From: Trichoplax adhaerens
Lineage: Eukaryota > Animalia > Placozoa
Assembly (NCBI RefSeq): GCF_000150275.1
Contig: NW_002060961.1
Location: forward strand, 682,568-746,567
Direction: 5' to 3'
Length of the DNA stretch: 64,000 bases
The notes below the pieces were generated by a model. The model was not told where the DNA came from. It worked only from the letters and a program-made list of their open reading frames with translations, and ran no database searches. Position 1 is the stretch's first letter; each line of letters starts with the position of its first letter. Both the position numbers and the translations under genes were made by a program. Shown one piece after another: positions 1 to 14,039 of the stretch.

Positions 1-240
1 AGTGATACAATAAATAAACTAACCTTCCAACTGAATACTTTTCGAGTAATTGATTACCTACCTATACGTACTCTGAGTGTATTAGGATATTAGTTACTAG
101 AGGAGTTAACCGTTCACGAAGAAGAAAATTGTGACAGTTAATTAAGTTATATAGTAAATCTTCATACTTTCTAGGTATTTATTGATAATATAGTAATAAT
201 TGATTTACAATTATTAAGACAGACTGTATATTTATTCCAG

Positions 241-1284
241 ACTACTACTAAACCTGCAGTAAATGCAAATACTAAAGTTGCAGTTGCGAAACCTGCAGCA
301 AATGCAAAAGTCGCTGCTAGCGCTCCAATACCTAAACCCATAAGTGAACTAGAAGAACGAGCAGCTGGATCTCGAGCTATGGCTCAGTGTAGTTACAAAA
401 TATTCTGCGAAGAGTTTGTAAACTCCTTAGGGATCTTACCTTCATTTATTAACCCCGGATTTAATCGTTGCTTCTGTCAAAATTGTTATAAAGGCCAAAG
501 TGTATTACAGCGCGGTAAACCACCAAGGCGTTACGCTATACCGCACGGCTGGGTTCGTGTAGCAATTGCAATAGATCAGCGTTTGGAACAACAGGTTTTT
601 AATGATTTTCATGTTGCTTATCATGGAACCCAAGCTAAAGCTGTTAAAAGTATAATTGAAAGCTGTCAGCTACTACTACCAGGAGATACTACCAGTACCG
701 GCTTCAAGATTCCAAGTAAATTGGGATATTTTAATGATGATAGTACTTTATTTTTACAGAATTCGTAGTAAATTCTACTTCCTTAATACTGTACTGTGTT
801 ATGGCAATAAAACATTCTATTCTTAACTTTGATTCTGAAATTATGTATTCTAGTTCTCACAAATCACGCTAAAGATGGTACTTTCTCCCTAGTCGCCAAT
901 GGTAAAGATAGCACTGGAGTAAATAAGTATAAAGTTGTCACACGTCATAAGGAAGGCTGCAAATGTGGCTGTGCCGTCTTTACTCCTAAAAGATTATTTT
1001 TTACCTCTCCCACAATAAAATATTGTGAACATGCAACATACGCAGGGTATGGTAGTAATTATAAAAATGGTAAAATGAAGTGCATACTGCAAGTTAGGCA
1101 AAGGCCTGGAAGTTATCACATTCTTAACGAAACCGTGGGGGCTACAAGGCGTGGTGAAACTATTGATAAACAGTTCAAGAACGATGAGGTAGCATGCTTT
1201 ACATCGTGCCGTTATCCAGCTATTGTCCCCTGCGGTATAATGGTTAAATATATCAAAAGTGTACCTAAGGCTAAGGCCAAATGA
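241..1284 (+). CDS. NEURL4 C-terminal-like (ADP-ribosyltransferase/PARP-like fold) domain protein; exons 241-715 and 854-1284; 5' end uncertain (first ATG at 379, or upstream exons outside the window)
   Basis: The two ORFs join through GT(716)..AG(853) in phase 1, giving GFKIP-I-LTNH. Motifs CFCQNC, RGKPPRRYAIPHGW, AYHGT, FTSPTIKY, QVRQRPGSY and AIVPCGIMVK match the Neuralized-like 4 C-terminal domain as I recall it. An open Ala/Lys/Pro-rich frame runs from the acceptor at 240 to ATG 379. Confidence 0.8.
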
Positions 1285-3195
1285 GAATAGAAATCTAATT
1301 ATCTAAATTGATCAAATTATACATCTTAAGGTCTAACTTAATGTTGCTATTTGAAGGTGAATAGGATTCTACCTATGATGATAATATGTAATTTTTAGGA
1401 ATATGAACATTTCCAATGATATGTCCTATTGCAAACTTTGTAGATTGTTACTGTAGCAACGTTAAAGGTATTGGATGATTGCAGTTTTACGATGTAGTTA
1501 GTTGGCGAAAAAAGATTGTAAATTATTATATAGTTGTGCTGCTTCTTGAATACTATATATGGCGTTACTTTCCTATTTTCGTGATAGCTTTCTTGTGCAG
1601 CAATAGTTATGCAAACAAATTATTTGAAAAAGTTTCTACATATGATAATACCAATATGTAAGTCTTTGTAGTATTTTCTTATTTTCTTATGCTTTATTAG
1701 CCAAGGCCTGTGTATTGGCTATTTAACATAAATCGTTTGATGTTTATTGAACACTGTATATACAAGTTACTAGCAGTATTCTATTTTTACATTTGACAAA
1801 TACCAAATATATCAGTAGTGAAGTTATTATATTTAATAAGTATATTACATGGAATTTAAATTTAAGAAAGGAGGATATGAAGTCTGCCGTAACATTAAGA
1901 TCACTATATTAAATTTACTTTAGTATACAAAGCCTTATGTTATTTTTTTTGTCTATAAAAAATGTTTGTACTGTTTGCTATGTGCCTTTACATGTGCGAT
2001 GTAATTATGCTTTGAGCTTGAATAGATACGTAGTTACTAGTTAATTTCTAACGAAATCTTTCTTATTAAAAATTAATCTATACAAATTTTATGTTTTTAG
2101 GATAATGTTAGCAATGTATAAACTTACAAAAGTAAAATATATCATGTTGTAGATTTAACCCAAAAGTTACTGTCTGCTTGTGAGTATTCATTTCATATCA
2201 TGGTTACAGTATTGCTAATCTAGTATGAGTTTTATAATGATTCAATGACGGCTTAGTTTGGTTTGGTTTTTCGCTAATATACATCTGCGACATCTGTATA
2301 GTGTGGTATGCTGGCAAGTTTGTTCGCTGGCTAAAATCTAGCGAACTTACATAGCAACATTAGTCAATAGTTATTCACGTTTATCATATAATTTAAAAAA
2401 AATATTACAGAGATTGATCCACATTGTAATTAACAATTTGGCGTTCAAAGTTAAAGCTAGAATTAGTGGGAGTAATGAGTATGATAGACCATCAGAAGAT
2501 CTTAATGCGGAAAAACAAATTTTTGAAATCATTAATAGTTCAAACACTTTTTATTGCTACTATGCGAGTAAAAAATATTGAGATTTACAGTATAGAATCT
2601 TAAATATAACTTTCTTAGAAAAATTTACGGTTAAGATTATAACTGATATACAGCATTAAAACGGAATCGCAGGCATTCGATTGATTGTATTTATAAAAAT
2701 AACTTGCTGTTTACGCTAAAGCTACGAGTACGTATAGCGATATGTCACAAGTATTTAAAATATCTTTCTGTCATTTATAATTATACAGATTGGGCGTTGT
2801 AATTGTAGACTATCGATTAATAGTACACAAAAATAAGAGTCCCTTGCAATGCTAATATAATATCAACGTATTACTTCGTATAATCCACACACACATGAAT
2901 TGATTTTCCGTAGGGAACACTTTGGGGCATTTTAACTGTGGATGAGTGTAATGTATGGTAGTAAGATGAGGTATTATACTTCACTGTTTTCTATCAACTA
3001 TTTAGTTATGAATCATACATTGATTCTATCCTGCAGATAAGGATATTACAGATAAACTAATACAGTTTTAAGATGCAAGTAAGGCATCCTTATTAAGCTA
3101 TACGAGGTTCGGTAGTTACTCAAGCTACCTTTATAATTTAACAATTTACAAAAAATATAAATTAATTAATGAGTTATAAAGAGGTAATTATTACA

Positions 3196-6100
3196 CTATG
3201 ATTTGATGACGTTTAAGTTGATTAGGATAGATCGTAAGTTGGTTGATAGAAAAGCTTGAGAGGGTTTACAATTTCGTAATAGTTCCTGAATTAGCGGACC
3301 CAACTGGTAAAGGTCAAATAGTTGTTTATTTCTATAATTTTTAAGGAATGTGAAAGTGTTTTTGTTAGGGTAAATAAAAAATTGAATGTGTTGAATCATT
3401 TTTTATTAAGAATTTACTTCATTTTCGATAGCCGTTGTAATATTATGCTTAGCTTTTCTATAACCAAAGAGTTGGTACTAGGGGATCTAATAACAGCGCT
3501 GCAGGCTCTAAACCAAGATTCATTACTACAACTGTTTAGAAAATCGTCTAATAAAGCTATAAAAAAATAAAATTTTAGCATTACTTTCATCCTAATGCAG
3601 CTGCTTGGATTATAAATATAGTATTGCAACAAATTATGTGAAAGATTAAATTTGTAGATCTGTTTCTGAATTATCCATGCAAGAATAGTAATTATAGTGA
3701 TTTACGTGATTCCATTGACATCAGCAGCATAAGATCAACAACTCTCTCTAGTAAGACTTTGTTGGATGCCTTCAAGTAAATGGTTACAACTGCAATTCCT
3801 TTGCATTGAAGGAGTATCTCTTTACCCTAATAATAATTTAAGAATATTTTAGTTAAATAAAAATGTTAGAAACCATTAATTTAATTAAATTAGCTAAAGC
3901 TTTATTCATAGGAGATATTGTACACAAACCATATCAGTCATGAGATCCTTATGCAATATTTCTAATACCGACGCTAAACGATCAGCTGCATATTTCGACA
4001 GAGAAATAAAAATAAAGATATGGTATTCATAGGTAATGAAAAAGTCTCCAATTCATCAAATTTACTTGATTTAGTGAAGAGAAGACCACCTACCTTGATT
4101 CATTATTTTTAATATTATTAGAGCAGACAGAATGCGAATTCGTAAATTTGTACTATGCAAATATAAATTGCATTTGTTTTTCTCCGGATAATGAATACTT
4201 GATGATAAGTTACTAGCATTAACCGTTGCTTCTCCAATTGGTCGTGACATCTAAAAATTTTAAACATATATCTAACAGTAATTTAACAATTTCGGTCCGG
4301 TAGCATAATCAACTTACTGTTGGCTTAAATAATTCTTCTCCAATCCGACGATATGTGGATGCAAGGATTACACGCTGTGATCCTGCCATATCTAAATGGA
4401 TTACTGACCAGTAAATAAACTGCAAACATGGCTGCTGAATTTTTAAGTGGCCAGAAGGTAATAATGGTAGAATTTCTGCTAAAAATGGTAACACCTATCA
4501 AAGATATCAGACACCAGGTTATTATATCCTTTAATTTAAAAAAAACTAAAGTCGATATTCGCTATGGGTAAACCTTGGCACATCTTTCATTAAGAAACGC
4601 TGCTGGTAGAGATGGGGAACCTTTCTTGATACCTTGTTGCTCTAAATCGTCAACTATATGCCCTAAGTGAACGTCTACAATCCATTCTAGTATTATCGAT
4701 AATAAATCATAAATCCCTAATGATTCCTGCAATACAATCATAATCCTTATATTTAACAACGGATATACATATTTCCTGCTAGAATATGGTATGTAGTATA
4801 TTTAAAATTTCGGCAAGTTCAAGTAATACCTTTGATAGAGTAGATTGTTGGTGAGGCTTTACGGCAGTACCTGAATTTAAAAAAGTAAACAGTTGGGAAG
4901 TCTTGCATTTAAGTAGTTAGTTTGTACATCAATGCAATTAAGATATTTGTTAAATATCTTTACCAATCAGTGGCTTTTTTAAAGAATCGGTTGTTGCTTT
5001 CTCCACATGGAGGGCAGTGGATGCTTTTTTTAAGGTAAACGCATGTTTTTGCTAATGATTTTAGTAGAATTTGATGGTTTTAGATATGGATCGCAGAAAA
5101 TATAGTCTATACAGTGGGCAAATATAGTATTCATATTGTTCATCGTACCTGAAGATTCTTAAATCTTCTATTTAACGTACTGATTTGTGTTTGATATCTT
5201 TTATTTTGTTCCGTTAGAGTATCAATCTAAAATATTAATGTTGAAATATGTTAAGTTGAAAATACTGAAGCTGCAATAAACATTTGCAATCTATAATTTT
5301 TCATACATAATCGTATCTAATAGCAACTATAAAATTTATTAATGCTCTCTTGCCTGGCTACGAAATTGATCATTTTCGCCTTTGATGGTATTGAAAGAGC
5401 TTTGCAATCTTTTAATTTCTTTCTCTTTACCAGCTAAAATCGTTTCTAGTTCGATAATTTGCTGTTCAGCTCCCTAAAAGTTTTAGTAAAGACACTTTTC
5501 ATGCTTTGTATATGCAAATTGCATTAGCTATGTATTCCAAGGTGTTATACATAATTCTTTCTTTATTGTTGACGTAAAAAAGTGAACATAATCGTATTGC
5601 TGATGTAAGTTATAGGATCGTTTAGTCAATTATTTTAGTGAAAAGTCATAAATAATCGAAGAACAGAGTGTGATAATAGCTCTTATAAAGCTCTTCGACA
5701 TTGCTTGTTCGTATTACTAAAGTCGTAGAAGGTAAATATTTACTTATTATAAAGTAATAGTATTTGTAGATATTGCGTAGTCTGTAAAATTTTGTAATAA
5801 GACATCATCAATGATTTTAGCATAATAGCAGTTGTAGTATATTATATCATAATAGAAATATAGCTGGTGCACTACGATATACCAATAGTAGTTGATATTA
5901 CAAAGCAATTCAGTTTCAGCTACCTGTTTTAGTTTATACCATCGATCTTCAATTTCAGATTCAACAAGCTGCCGCAGTGATGTGCTAGTAGCAGCTCTGA
6001 ATGTATCTTCCATTTCAGCTAAAGCAGATTCCCTTTTGTCAAGCTCGTATTGTCTATCCAGCAATGCCTGACTTTGCCTCTACAGGTGCCAGTTTAATAT

Positions 6101-7744
6101 TCACAGGTTAATTAATTTAGGATTATAAAGCGCTGTAAGTGGTCTCATTTACTACTAATAAAATTGATTGTCTATTAAGTCTACCATTATCGTGAACACT
6201 GAATCTTTCCATACCTTCAGATGTTCATTGATAGCTACTAACTCAGAATGTACGTCTTGCATTGGAAAATTACCATTTGACGATAATTCCTGTAAACAAA
6301 AGGTAAGATTCAATTTTTCTTAGTGACCTGATAGCATGATTAAAATTATTAGACAGAGGCATGTAATCAATTATGAGTAGATAGTTTACCTCATCTATCT
6401 CACTCGTAGAAATAGTTTGCGTAGAAACAGAATACTTCGTGGATAATGCTTCATTTTTAAATCTTATCGTCGTTTGAGATCTTCCAGCTATAATTCGTGA
6501 ATGAAGTTAGCAGGAATTATAAATTAGCACGGCTCTGTAGATAGTTGATGCTCTCACGATTATTCTTATTGCTTTATAAAATTATAATGATAAGAAATAT
6601 ACATACTACTTTCTTTTCTACCGAGCTGCCCATCGCTCTTATTTAACAGTTCTACTTCTGCTGAATTTAATTTTCTCTTTGTTTTGGTTAGTGCATGATG
6701 TAGTTGAGAAAGGATGTGATCGTAATCGGAATCACTGGTCGGCTGTAATGGTTGAGTCAAGTAGTGGGATTGACTGTTTGATCTGCCTTCAGTAAGAGTA
6801 TCACTGTCTAGGACTGAAGTAATAATAATCCGTGGCTTTTATTAATGCTATTGCGGTTATTTAGATGATTTGCTTTAACTTAGCATGTTATAATGTATCG
6901 CTATAAGCTAAATCTTTACGATAAATAAATAATTATGTAACAAAAATTAAATTATTTGTTGAAAAAGAACATCAAATTGTACATTAGAATTAACTTTGCA
7001 TAACATGGTAACGATATCAATGGCAATCATTTACTATAATATGGAGCATTTAATGCATTAATCAAGAGCTAAGAAATTCATACTGATGTTTTGGCACGTA
7101 ATATTAAATCCATTTCCAGATTGTGCTAGTGCCTGCATTTACTTCTTTTATATCTAAGGTTATGTCTAGAATATAACTTTAAAGCCTAGTATTAAATGTA
7201 TTTTTAGATCGTGCTGGTGCTTAGCTTTGCTTCGTTTACATCTAAAGTTTTATACAGAGTACGATATGGAACTTTGAAATTATTCAACAAGCTTGGTTAT
7301 ACACGTTGTAAAGCGGCTACAGTCAAATTACAGTCCGTCAGATAACTTACCAACGAGTAGTATTTCCTTCTCTCTGTAGGCGTACTGAACATAGCATGCA
7401 ATATTTAATCTTTTAGAATATCCTATCTTAATATATCCTAAAACGCACTATATAATCCTATGGATGGTTTAAAAACCGATTAAAATTATGGGGTGGAGAG
7501 TGGGATATTAACTCAAGGTAAACAATTTTTGATGAGCTATTAACAATCGATTACGAATTCGTGGGCGACAAGATTAATTCCTTCAATATTAAGGAGAAAG
7601 ATACAATGCAACTTATCATGACCCTTAGCATTTGCATAATACTATAAACTCACCGTCATCACTACCAGGAAAAGTAGTAGTATTGCTAAATAAAGTTGTT
7701 TTGGAGCTCATTATTGGCTCATTTGGATTATTTGCATGATTCAT
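3196..7744 (-). CDS. CCDC138: Coiled-coil domain-containing protein 138 homolog, about 16 exons (approx. 7744-7654, 6808-6620, 6489-6390, 6290-6215, 6079-5923, 5473-5354, 5226-5149, ... 4495-4317, 4250-4094, ... 3551-3417, 3329-3196)
   Basis: Exon peptides include LQFIYWSVIHLD..STYRRIGEELFK, FLNSCSNESWFRACSAVIRSP..IEKLSIILQRLSKMK, NKQLFDLY..AFLSTNLRSILINL and the coiled coil KEKEIKRLQSSF, all matching CCDC138. The start ATG at 7744 is inferred from a phase-compatible GT-AG junction and is less certain. Confidence 0.85.
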
Positions 7745-8565
7745 TGATTACAAATATGTATCGCTTCTGCAGTCTTAATTGTCAGTGTTCATTACAATAC
7801 TTGCAAGCCTTATCCAATCGAACAGTCATCGATTTACCCAATCAGCATGATCTTCTAAAAGGGTAACTTGTTAATTCAAAGACCAAATTAGAACGTCGAT
7901 TTTCACTCTTGACAGCTGCTGCTAAACTAATAATAACGATAATAATTATTATGATGATGGCACGATATCAACCTCTACCCGATATTGTCAATAATATAAT
8001 AATACTAATAATAATCCTCTAGTTGATCTCTTATCGTATCCAGTAGTCTAATTAAAGTGGATCTTTCTCTTTTACAGTAATTCTATCATACCAGTCTATT
8101 GATGTTGTCTTGCTGTAGAAATGGATTGATTTACTTCTGCCATAAATTAATTTGAATTTTTCCGCTGAAATTGTTGGCGTTTCTAGGTTACCGTTGGAAT
8201 TGGAGTAGATTAGTCCGACATTTGGATTGCTTTGCTATGTTTTTTTATGGTATTTGTACTACTGTTTTAGACAGTATATAGTGGTATACACCCCTGATGC
8301 ACCGCTGGACAACCGGACTGACTCTGAAATCCAGTGCCAATCGTTCCAGTCCTCAAAAGTGTTCTACAATACTATACAGTACTATCGACAATTAGGTACA
8401 GTATGGGATAGTACCCTCTGTACTATATGGCAAAAACTGCATACGAATACTGCTAGGTCCACTGGTGGTTGGAGCGAGCTGGCATAACGAGGAAAGGAAG
8501 AGATCCTGACATAGGCACGATCACAGAAAGATCTGGTAGTATTTCTTTGCAAAGGAAACCACAAT
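7745..8565. promoter_or_regulatory. Putative bidirectional promoter / 5' UTRs between divergent CCDC138 and POLR1E
   Basis: Head-to-head start codons about 820 bp apart; locally GC-richer segment 8280-8540; TACAGTA copies at 8375 and 8397. Confidence 0.55.
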
Positions 8566-11500
8566 ATGGCTGATGATACAATAACGATTACAGATATCTT
8601 TACTGATTCGAAAGGAGATCAGATACCGGCTATTCTAGGTAAATTGTGTTCATCTACAGCATGCTAAACTACGATGGATTGCAAGAGCATCGATCATTTG
8701 TTCGATGTGGATCTAAAATCAAAATAGTACTCGTTTAGGATTCAATGGAATACAGTATATGTATCACTATATTGTTCTACTTGTATAGCTAAATTCACAA
8801 ATGGCCAGCTTTACGATGATAGCAATCTAGAGCTTACTTACAAGAGTGAGAAGGTTGGCAAACGTAAACGTGGTCGATTGGTATGTACGCGTATCAATAG
8901 GGCAGGGTAGCTATGATTATTGCAATGATGCTGCACAGCACCATCAATGAAAGCTAGTATTCCTAATTAGTTGTCTAACTTTTCTACTAAATGTGTTATT
9001 CTTAGACTGGCCAATGTGGTAATGTGACATATACCGGGATTGAAGATGATGTCACCTCGAATGATGATGGATCTCAACCGCGGTAGCTAAACTAATATAC
9101 AGTCATAGGAATAGCAAAAATGTATTTCAGTTAGGATAAGAGACATTATCTTGAACCTGGAGTATAATGTTATAGTTGTAGATGCTACTGTATATTGTGA
9201 TCATGCTGTAGCATAGTGATATCTATATAGAGAGATACATACATACTGTACTCTATCTAGTAACATAGAAGATATTACTATTATAAAATCGGCATGAATC
9301 GTTATGTTAACGAGCTTGATAAACTGTCCGTTTAGTATTTTGTTACGCGTTCCAAGCTACACAGATGCACCAATCCTTGCAAAATGAACGTAAATCCATT
9401 GTGAATATTTATGTTGGCAAATTATCTTGCAATATCATATGCAGCACTATCCAATGCGTATCTCCATCAAGTATACTACGTCATGATTAATTCTAACCGG
9501 TGCATTCCGATATACAAAAAATAGAAAAGACCCTTACGCTATGGATTTATCGTGCTTCTCAGTGTTACAGTTGCATATTCCATCAATATCATGTATCATG
9601 ATTAATTATAGCAAACTGCAATCCAATGGACAGCACAAAAAGGATAATCACGCATACATCAACTACATTTGGCATCGGTGTAGCTGTAGAGAATAAGTCA
9701 TGTCAATTTCAGCATTGCACCTAGGTATCAAGTATCATATGAGTGTATCAGCATATTTTAGTTATAGCTAACTTCGTTTAATATGCAAAAAAGGAAAATC
9801 ATTTATACGTCATGGATTACACATGTTTCTCTTAGCAATACACTTTTATCGAGTATCGCAAATCAGCATGATCAATTAATTATGGCAAACTGTATTGTAA
9901 TATACGCGTATAGTATAAAAAAGAAAAATCACGCGTACGTCAGCTACATATGTACATATGCAGTAGTGCAAATGATTGTAATTGTATTGTATAGTAGAGT
10001 AGCCTAATAGATGAATATTATGTATTAGCCGACGAAAACAAATGCGTTGCTATGAGCTTGATAAAGATCTTTGTGTAGGCATGCTATAGCACTTGAAATA
10101 AACTTACTATACACTAGAATTAGTACCTGGATGATCTCATATATTTGGTAGTGATCATCAGTAATACAGCACATTATACCCTCGCCTACAGAAACAGTAT
10201 AGTCACTAAGATATGCCCTTGCCACTCCGCAGATGAGCCACATTATTTTATTTCAATCGAAATTAGATACATTTTATATTATTAGATGTTGTTAGTTGAT
10301 GCAGTTCGATATGATATGTAATTTACTCGTATGCGTAAAACAAATGTCTATCTACCCATTGCAGAAAGAGCGCCAAGCACAGAGGTTTAATAAATTAAGA
10401 TAAATATGGGTATGTCTATCATATGTACATAGAAAATAGGAGATGCCATTGCAGAGCTATGCATTTTATGACTTGTTTTCTACGAAATGAGTTTACTATC
10501 ATATACGAATAACGTTGAAGGCAAAATAGGATACAATACTACTTTTGCAGTCTCATATTACAATGAGCGTGTATGATTAGCATAGCTAATACCAAAGTCT
10601 TTACACTGATGATTAAGCGATTTTATTTACCCAAGTTAGCAATAAATGCTTTAAAGATGATACTACTTACAGATTTTTCTAATGAATAGATGTTGTGAAT
10701 TGTAGATACGTAATTAGCCTTGACAGTGAAAGATAAATCCATGAAATATTTCATAACATTGTGTTACATGTTTGACCTTGAGGCTATGGTGCAGATATTT
10801 GTAGCTACGATGCTTGCTGACTTTATGAAGCATAATTTTTGTTTGGTGGCGGGGTTGTATTTGCACATAGCCGTACCTTAAGTATATATGCACGTATTAA
10901 GTACTGGCACTTCAGCTATGCCATAGAGTCTATGATATTCATTATAAAAGATGATGAATTGTTTTATGATATTAAATTTCAATGTAACATTACTTGTTAG
11001 ATATTACTTAGGCGTTGTTAACAAAGAATCTAAGACTATGCAAATCTATGATATGAAGACTTTTACAATTCATCCTGAGGTGCAAGGTATGCACGTGTTA
11101 TGTAAATGGTCTATGTTGTAACGATTAGCAAGTTGGTATTACTGTGCGCAAATATGGTTATATCACTATTATTACCACTTCATATAATCAAGTACTGTGG
11201 GTAATGAAGGTTTGGGTACTAATGGCACTAACTTGTTTATCATATTTTTGGCTGCATAAAAGTTATCACGAAATGATTTTAGCTAATTTATCTACATAAC
11301 CTTGACAATGATATAGTTGTGAAAGAAGAAAATGATCAATCTCGAAAAAAGAGGAAGAATCGCAGTCTTTTAGAAAAGGTACAAGTAGCAATGTTTCAAC
11401 TATCCATAAGCCCTGGTATTTACTGCGTACTATGTACCATTTCAAGAATTATTTAGATAGTAGTTATATAGCTTATCTTAACGAATAGTTTGGATTGTAT

Positions 11501-13338
11501 ACTGTGCATTTCATAGTTTGTTATATGGCTTGGCTAACCTCATCGTTTAGTATTTAGCATTTACCTTTTGGCAATTTACTATATAAGTGGGACAATCTTT
11601 TACAATCTTGAATGCATAATAGTATATGATCTGTTAGTCTTATGCCAAACAAGACATATGCAGATATCTCAATTGATAAGGAGCATTTTGTTGTGAATTA
11701 TACTAAATAATTTATACTTAACAGTTAGGAGACCATTCTACGAGCTAAAGTAAACTACTTGATTGTATTACTGAATGTAAGAATTATTTTTATTGCGATA
11801 GAATGATGATCTGGTAAAAGCTTTCGGTAGTAAAAAAAAGAGGAATGCAGTTAAGACTCGTGAAGCTAGCAAAGTTGAGCAAAAAGAATTAGATTCTATT
11901 GCAAAAGACGCATTAGACCACCGGAGTCAAACTCCTAAAAGTCCTAAAGCGAAACTGCAAGAACAAGATACTCTCTTGCCACCGTGCAATATTAATGCTA
12001 CGGATGTGAAAAATGTTTACAATATTAAAGACAGTATCTTTTTTATGTTTCACTATTTTCATCTCATTTTTATTTGTATAGGTATAGGTATCCTATTTCT
12101 GTAAGAAAAAATTTATCGACATTTGTTAATAATTGTTTCTTAGCATAATTTCCCAGTAATTTCACCGAAAGAGATGGAAGTTTTGAAAACACCTGCCGTA
12201 ATATTTATGCATGCAACTAAAGAAAAATTGGAAGAATGGAGAGATGAGCCGACGTAAGTTTTTGATATGAGGAGTATTTTGTCAGGTATTCTTGACATTA
12301 AGATATAAATCTGTATGTGTTTTCACGTCTACATTGTAGAAAATCAAAATATTTCTTGGAGCATCTACAAATTCTCCCCTTGGAAGATAATCTAAAACTA
12401 GAAAAGATATGCTACTTATTGTATATTAGTTACTTGATACAATTTCATCACTTAAAAGCTAAGGATTTTCGTGGTAAAAATGGTAATGATTGTGTTTTAT
12501 TATTTCATTGATTTAATTTTTATAACAATTATATGGAGTATTTTGCGTTGAAATGTTATATTATTTCTAATAGAAATTCTGGTTGGCATACCCGATAAAA
12601 TACAAATAAGTTTACTTGACAATTTTTCTGTAAAATTGAACGATGATCCACAAAACAAACGTTACTACCATTTGGGAAGGTAATTTTTATAGATGGCTAA
12701 ATGTAGAATTTATATACGCTAACTATGTACACGGTCACATGGGTGTAATTGAGCTTAGTGAAAGGTCTCAATTACACAAATATGAATATTAACGTTATTC
12801 TATTTGTTTTCTCTGTATTAGATGTGTAACTAAATTCGCGAAGGATAAATTACTAGCCCGTATTATTGTTTTGGCGCTATTTATAGACGATTTTCGACTT
12901 AATTGTAACGTTCTCGCCCGAGATCTCAAAATTACAGAGAAAAGGTGATACTTTATTGTAAGACTTGTCTCTATGGTTAGTCAGTGTCATGAAAAATTTT
13001 GTTATGCCCAACGTTTGTATTACAGTTGATTAATTATCGCTTACTTTTTACTGTAAGCATAGTTTACAATGAGCGCTTACTGGCTATTGGTTGTTTATCT
13101 ATGCCGGTTATGGGTAATTACCGATTAGTTTCATAAATATTAATGAATCTGTCTTTGTTTTAGATTTACCGATGTAGCCAAGGTAGTTGGTTGTCATGTT
13201 GATACTGGGCCACGATTGAAGAAGGAGAAAGGCCTACAAGATGATGATAGTATAGCTTCAGGCGGGAAGCTAGTTACTTTAAAACTTCCGCTAAATGTTA
13301 AATTTATGAGTGGTAATGATAAAGTCGTAAAGAGATAA
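8566..13338 (+). CDS. POLR1E: RNA polymerase I subunit RPA49/PAF53; 11 exons: 8566-8638, 8789-8880, 9006-9082, 11001-11086, 11317-11378, 11802-12033, 12157-12253, 12340-12482, 12574-12679, 12822-12944, 13164-13338
   Basis: All junctions are GT-AG and phase-consistent. Peptides KFTNGQL, YYLGVVNKESKTMQIYD, LVKAFGSKKKRNA, LLPPCN..NVYNIKDIISP, KDKLLARIIVLALFIDDF..LARDLKITEKR and KLVTLKLPL match the RNA_pol_I_A49 family. Confidence 0.9.
9400..9965. repeat. Degenerate tandem repeat (~115-145 bp units, about 4 copies) in POLR1E intron 3
   Basis: A core ATCA..ATGAT(T/C)AATT..GCAAACTG..AAAAA(G)..AATCACGC.TAC recurs near 9480, 9597, 9745 and 9868. Confidence 0.55.
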
Positions 13339-14039
13339 AATATATGCATGAAAAACTCTACTTCGTATACCGTCTTATTAAAGTATTATGACATATTCCG
13401 TAGACCAATATAATCTATTCAAAATTTGATTTACCTTCCTTTGGATGATTAAGTAAACATTAACTTACGTGACGATTTTAATAAAGCGGTACGAAATTTA
13501 CTCAATAAATTTGAACGTTTCAAATAAACTAATTTATCCGTTAAGAAAAATATAATCCTTTATTTGTGAGGCGTTAATGTACACTACAATTTAGTATGGT
13601 AAATAGCTGGTCACAGTAGTTGTTATGCAGCTAATTTTCTGCTAGTTATGCATAAAATTTTTGTCATTAAAGTGACGATGCCAGCGACATCGCGTTTTCA
13701 AAAAATTTTCCAATGTAATTGTGGGATAGTATTCTGTAGTATACTTGTATGCTTAATTGTTAGCTTACGATTGTTTTATACCTGTTTATATCTATCGATT
13801 AAGTATAATATTGGAATTAAATTAAAAAATTTTGCTGTTTATTGTAGCCTAGAGAACGTTGTTATTGCAAAAATATTGCGATATCATTTGATCGTAAGAT
13901 AAGCTTATATTAGCACGTAATATTTTACCGGAAGGTTTACCTTCGTTTAATTATTGATTCTATGGTAAAAGCAACGCATTAACAGTATAGGAAATATTAT
14001 TGATTGTCCAATATTACTTATTCTGTGCTGTACGGGCAT

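Noticed and set aside
7345-7400. Extra CCDC138 exon (minus-strand donor TTG|GTAAGT)
   Set aside because: Candidate exon lengths (23 or 34 nt) are not phase-compatible with the flanking phase-1 junction; cannot be supported without RNA data.
10025-10243. 72-aa minus-strand ORF or snoRNA in POLR1E intron 3
   Set aside because: No domain similarity and no convincing paired C/D boxes with a terminal stem.
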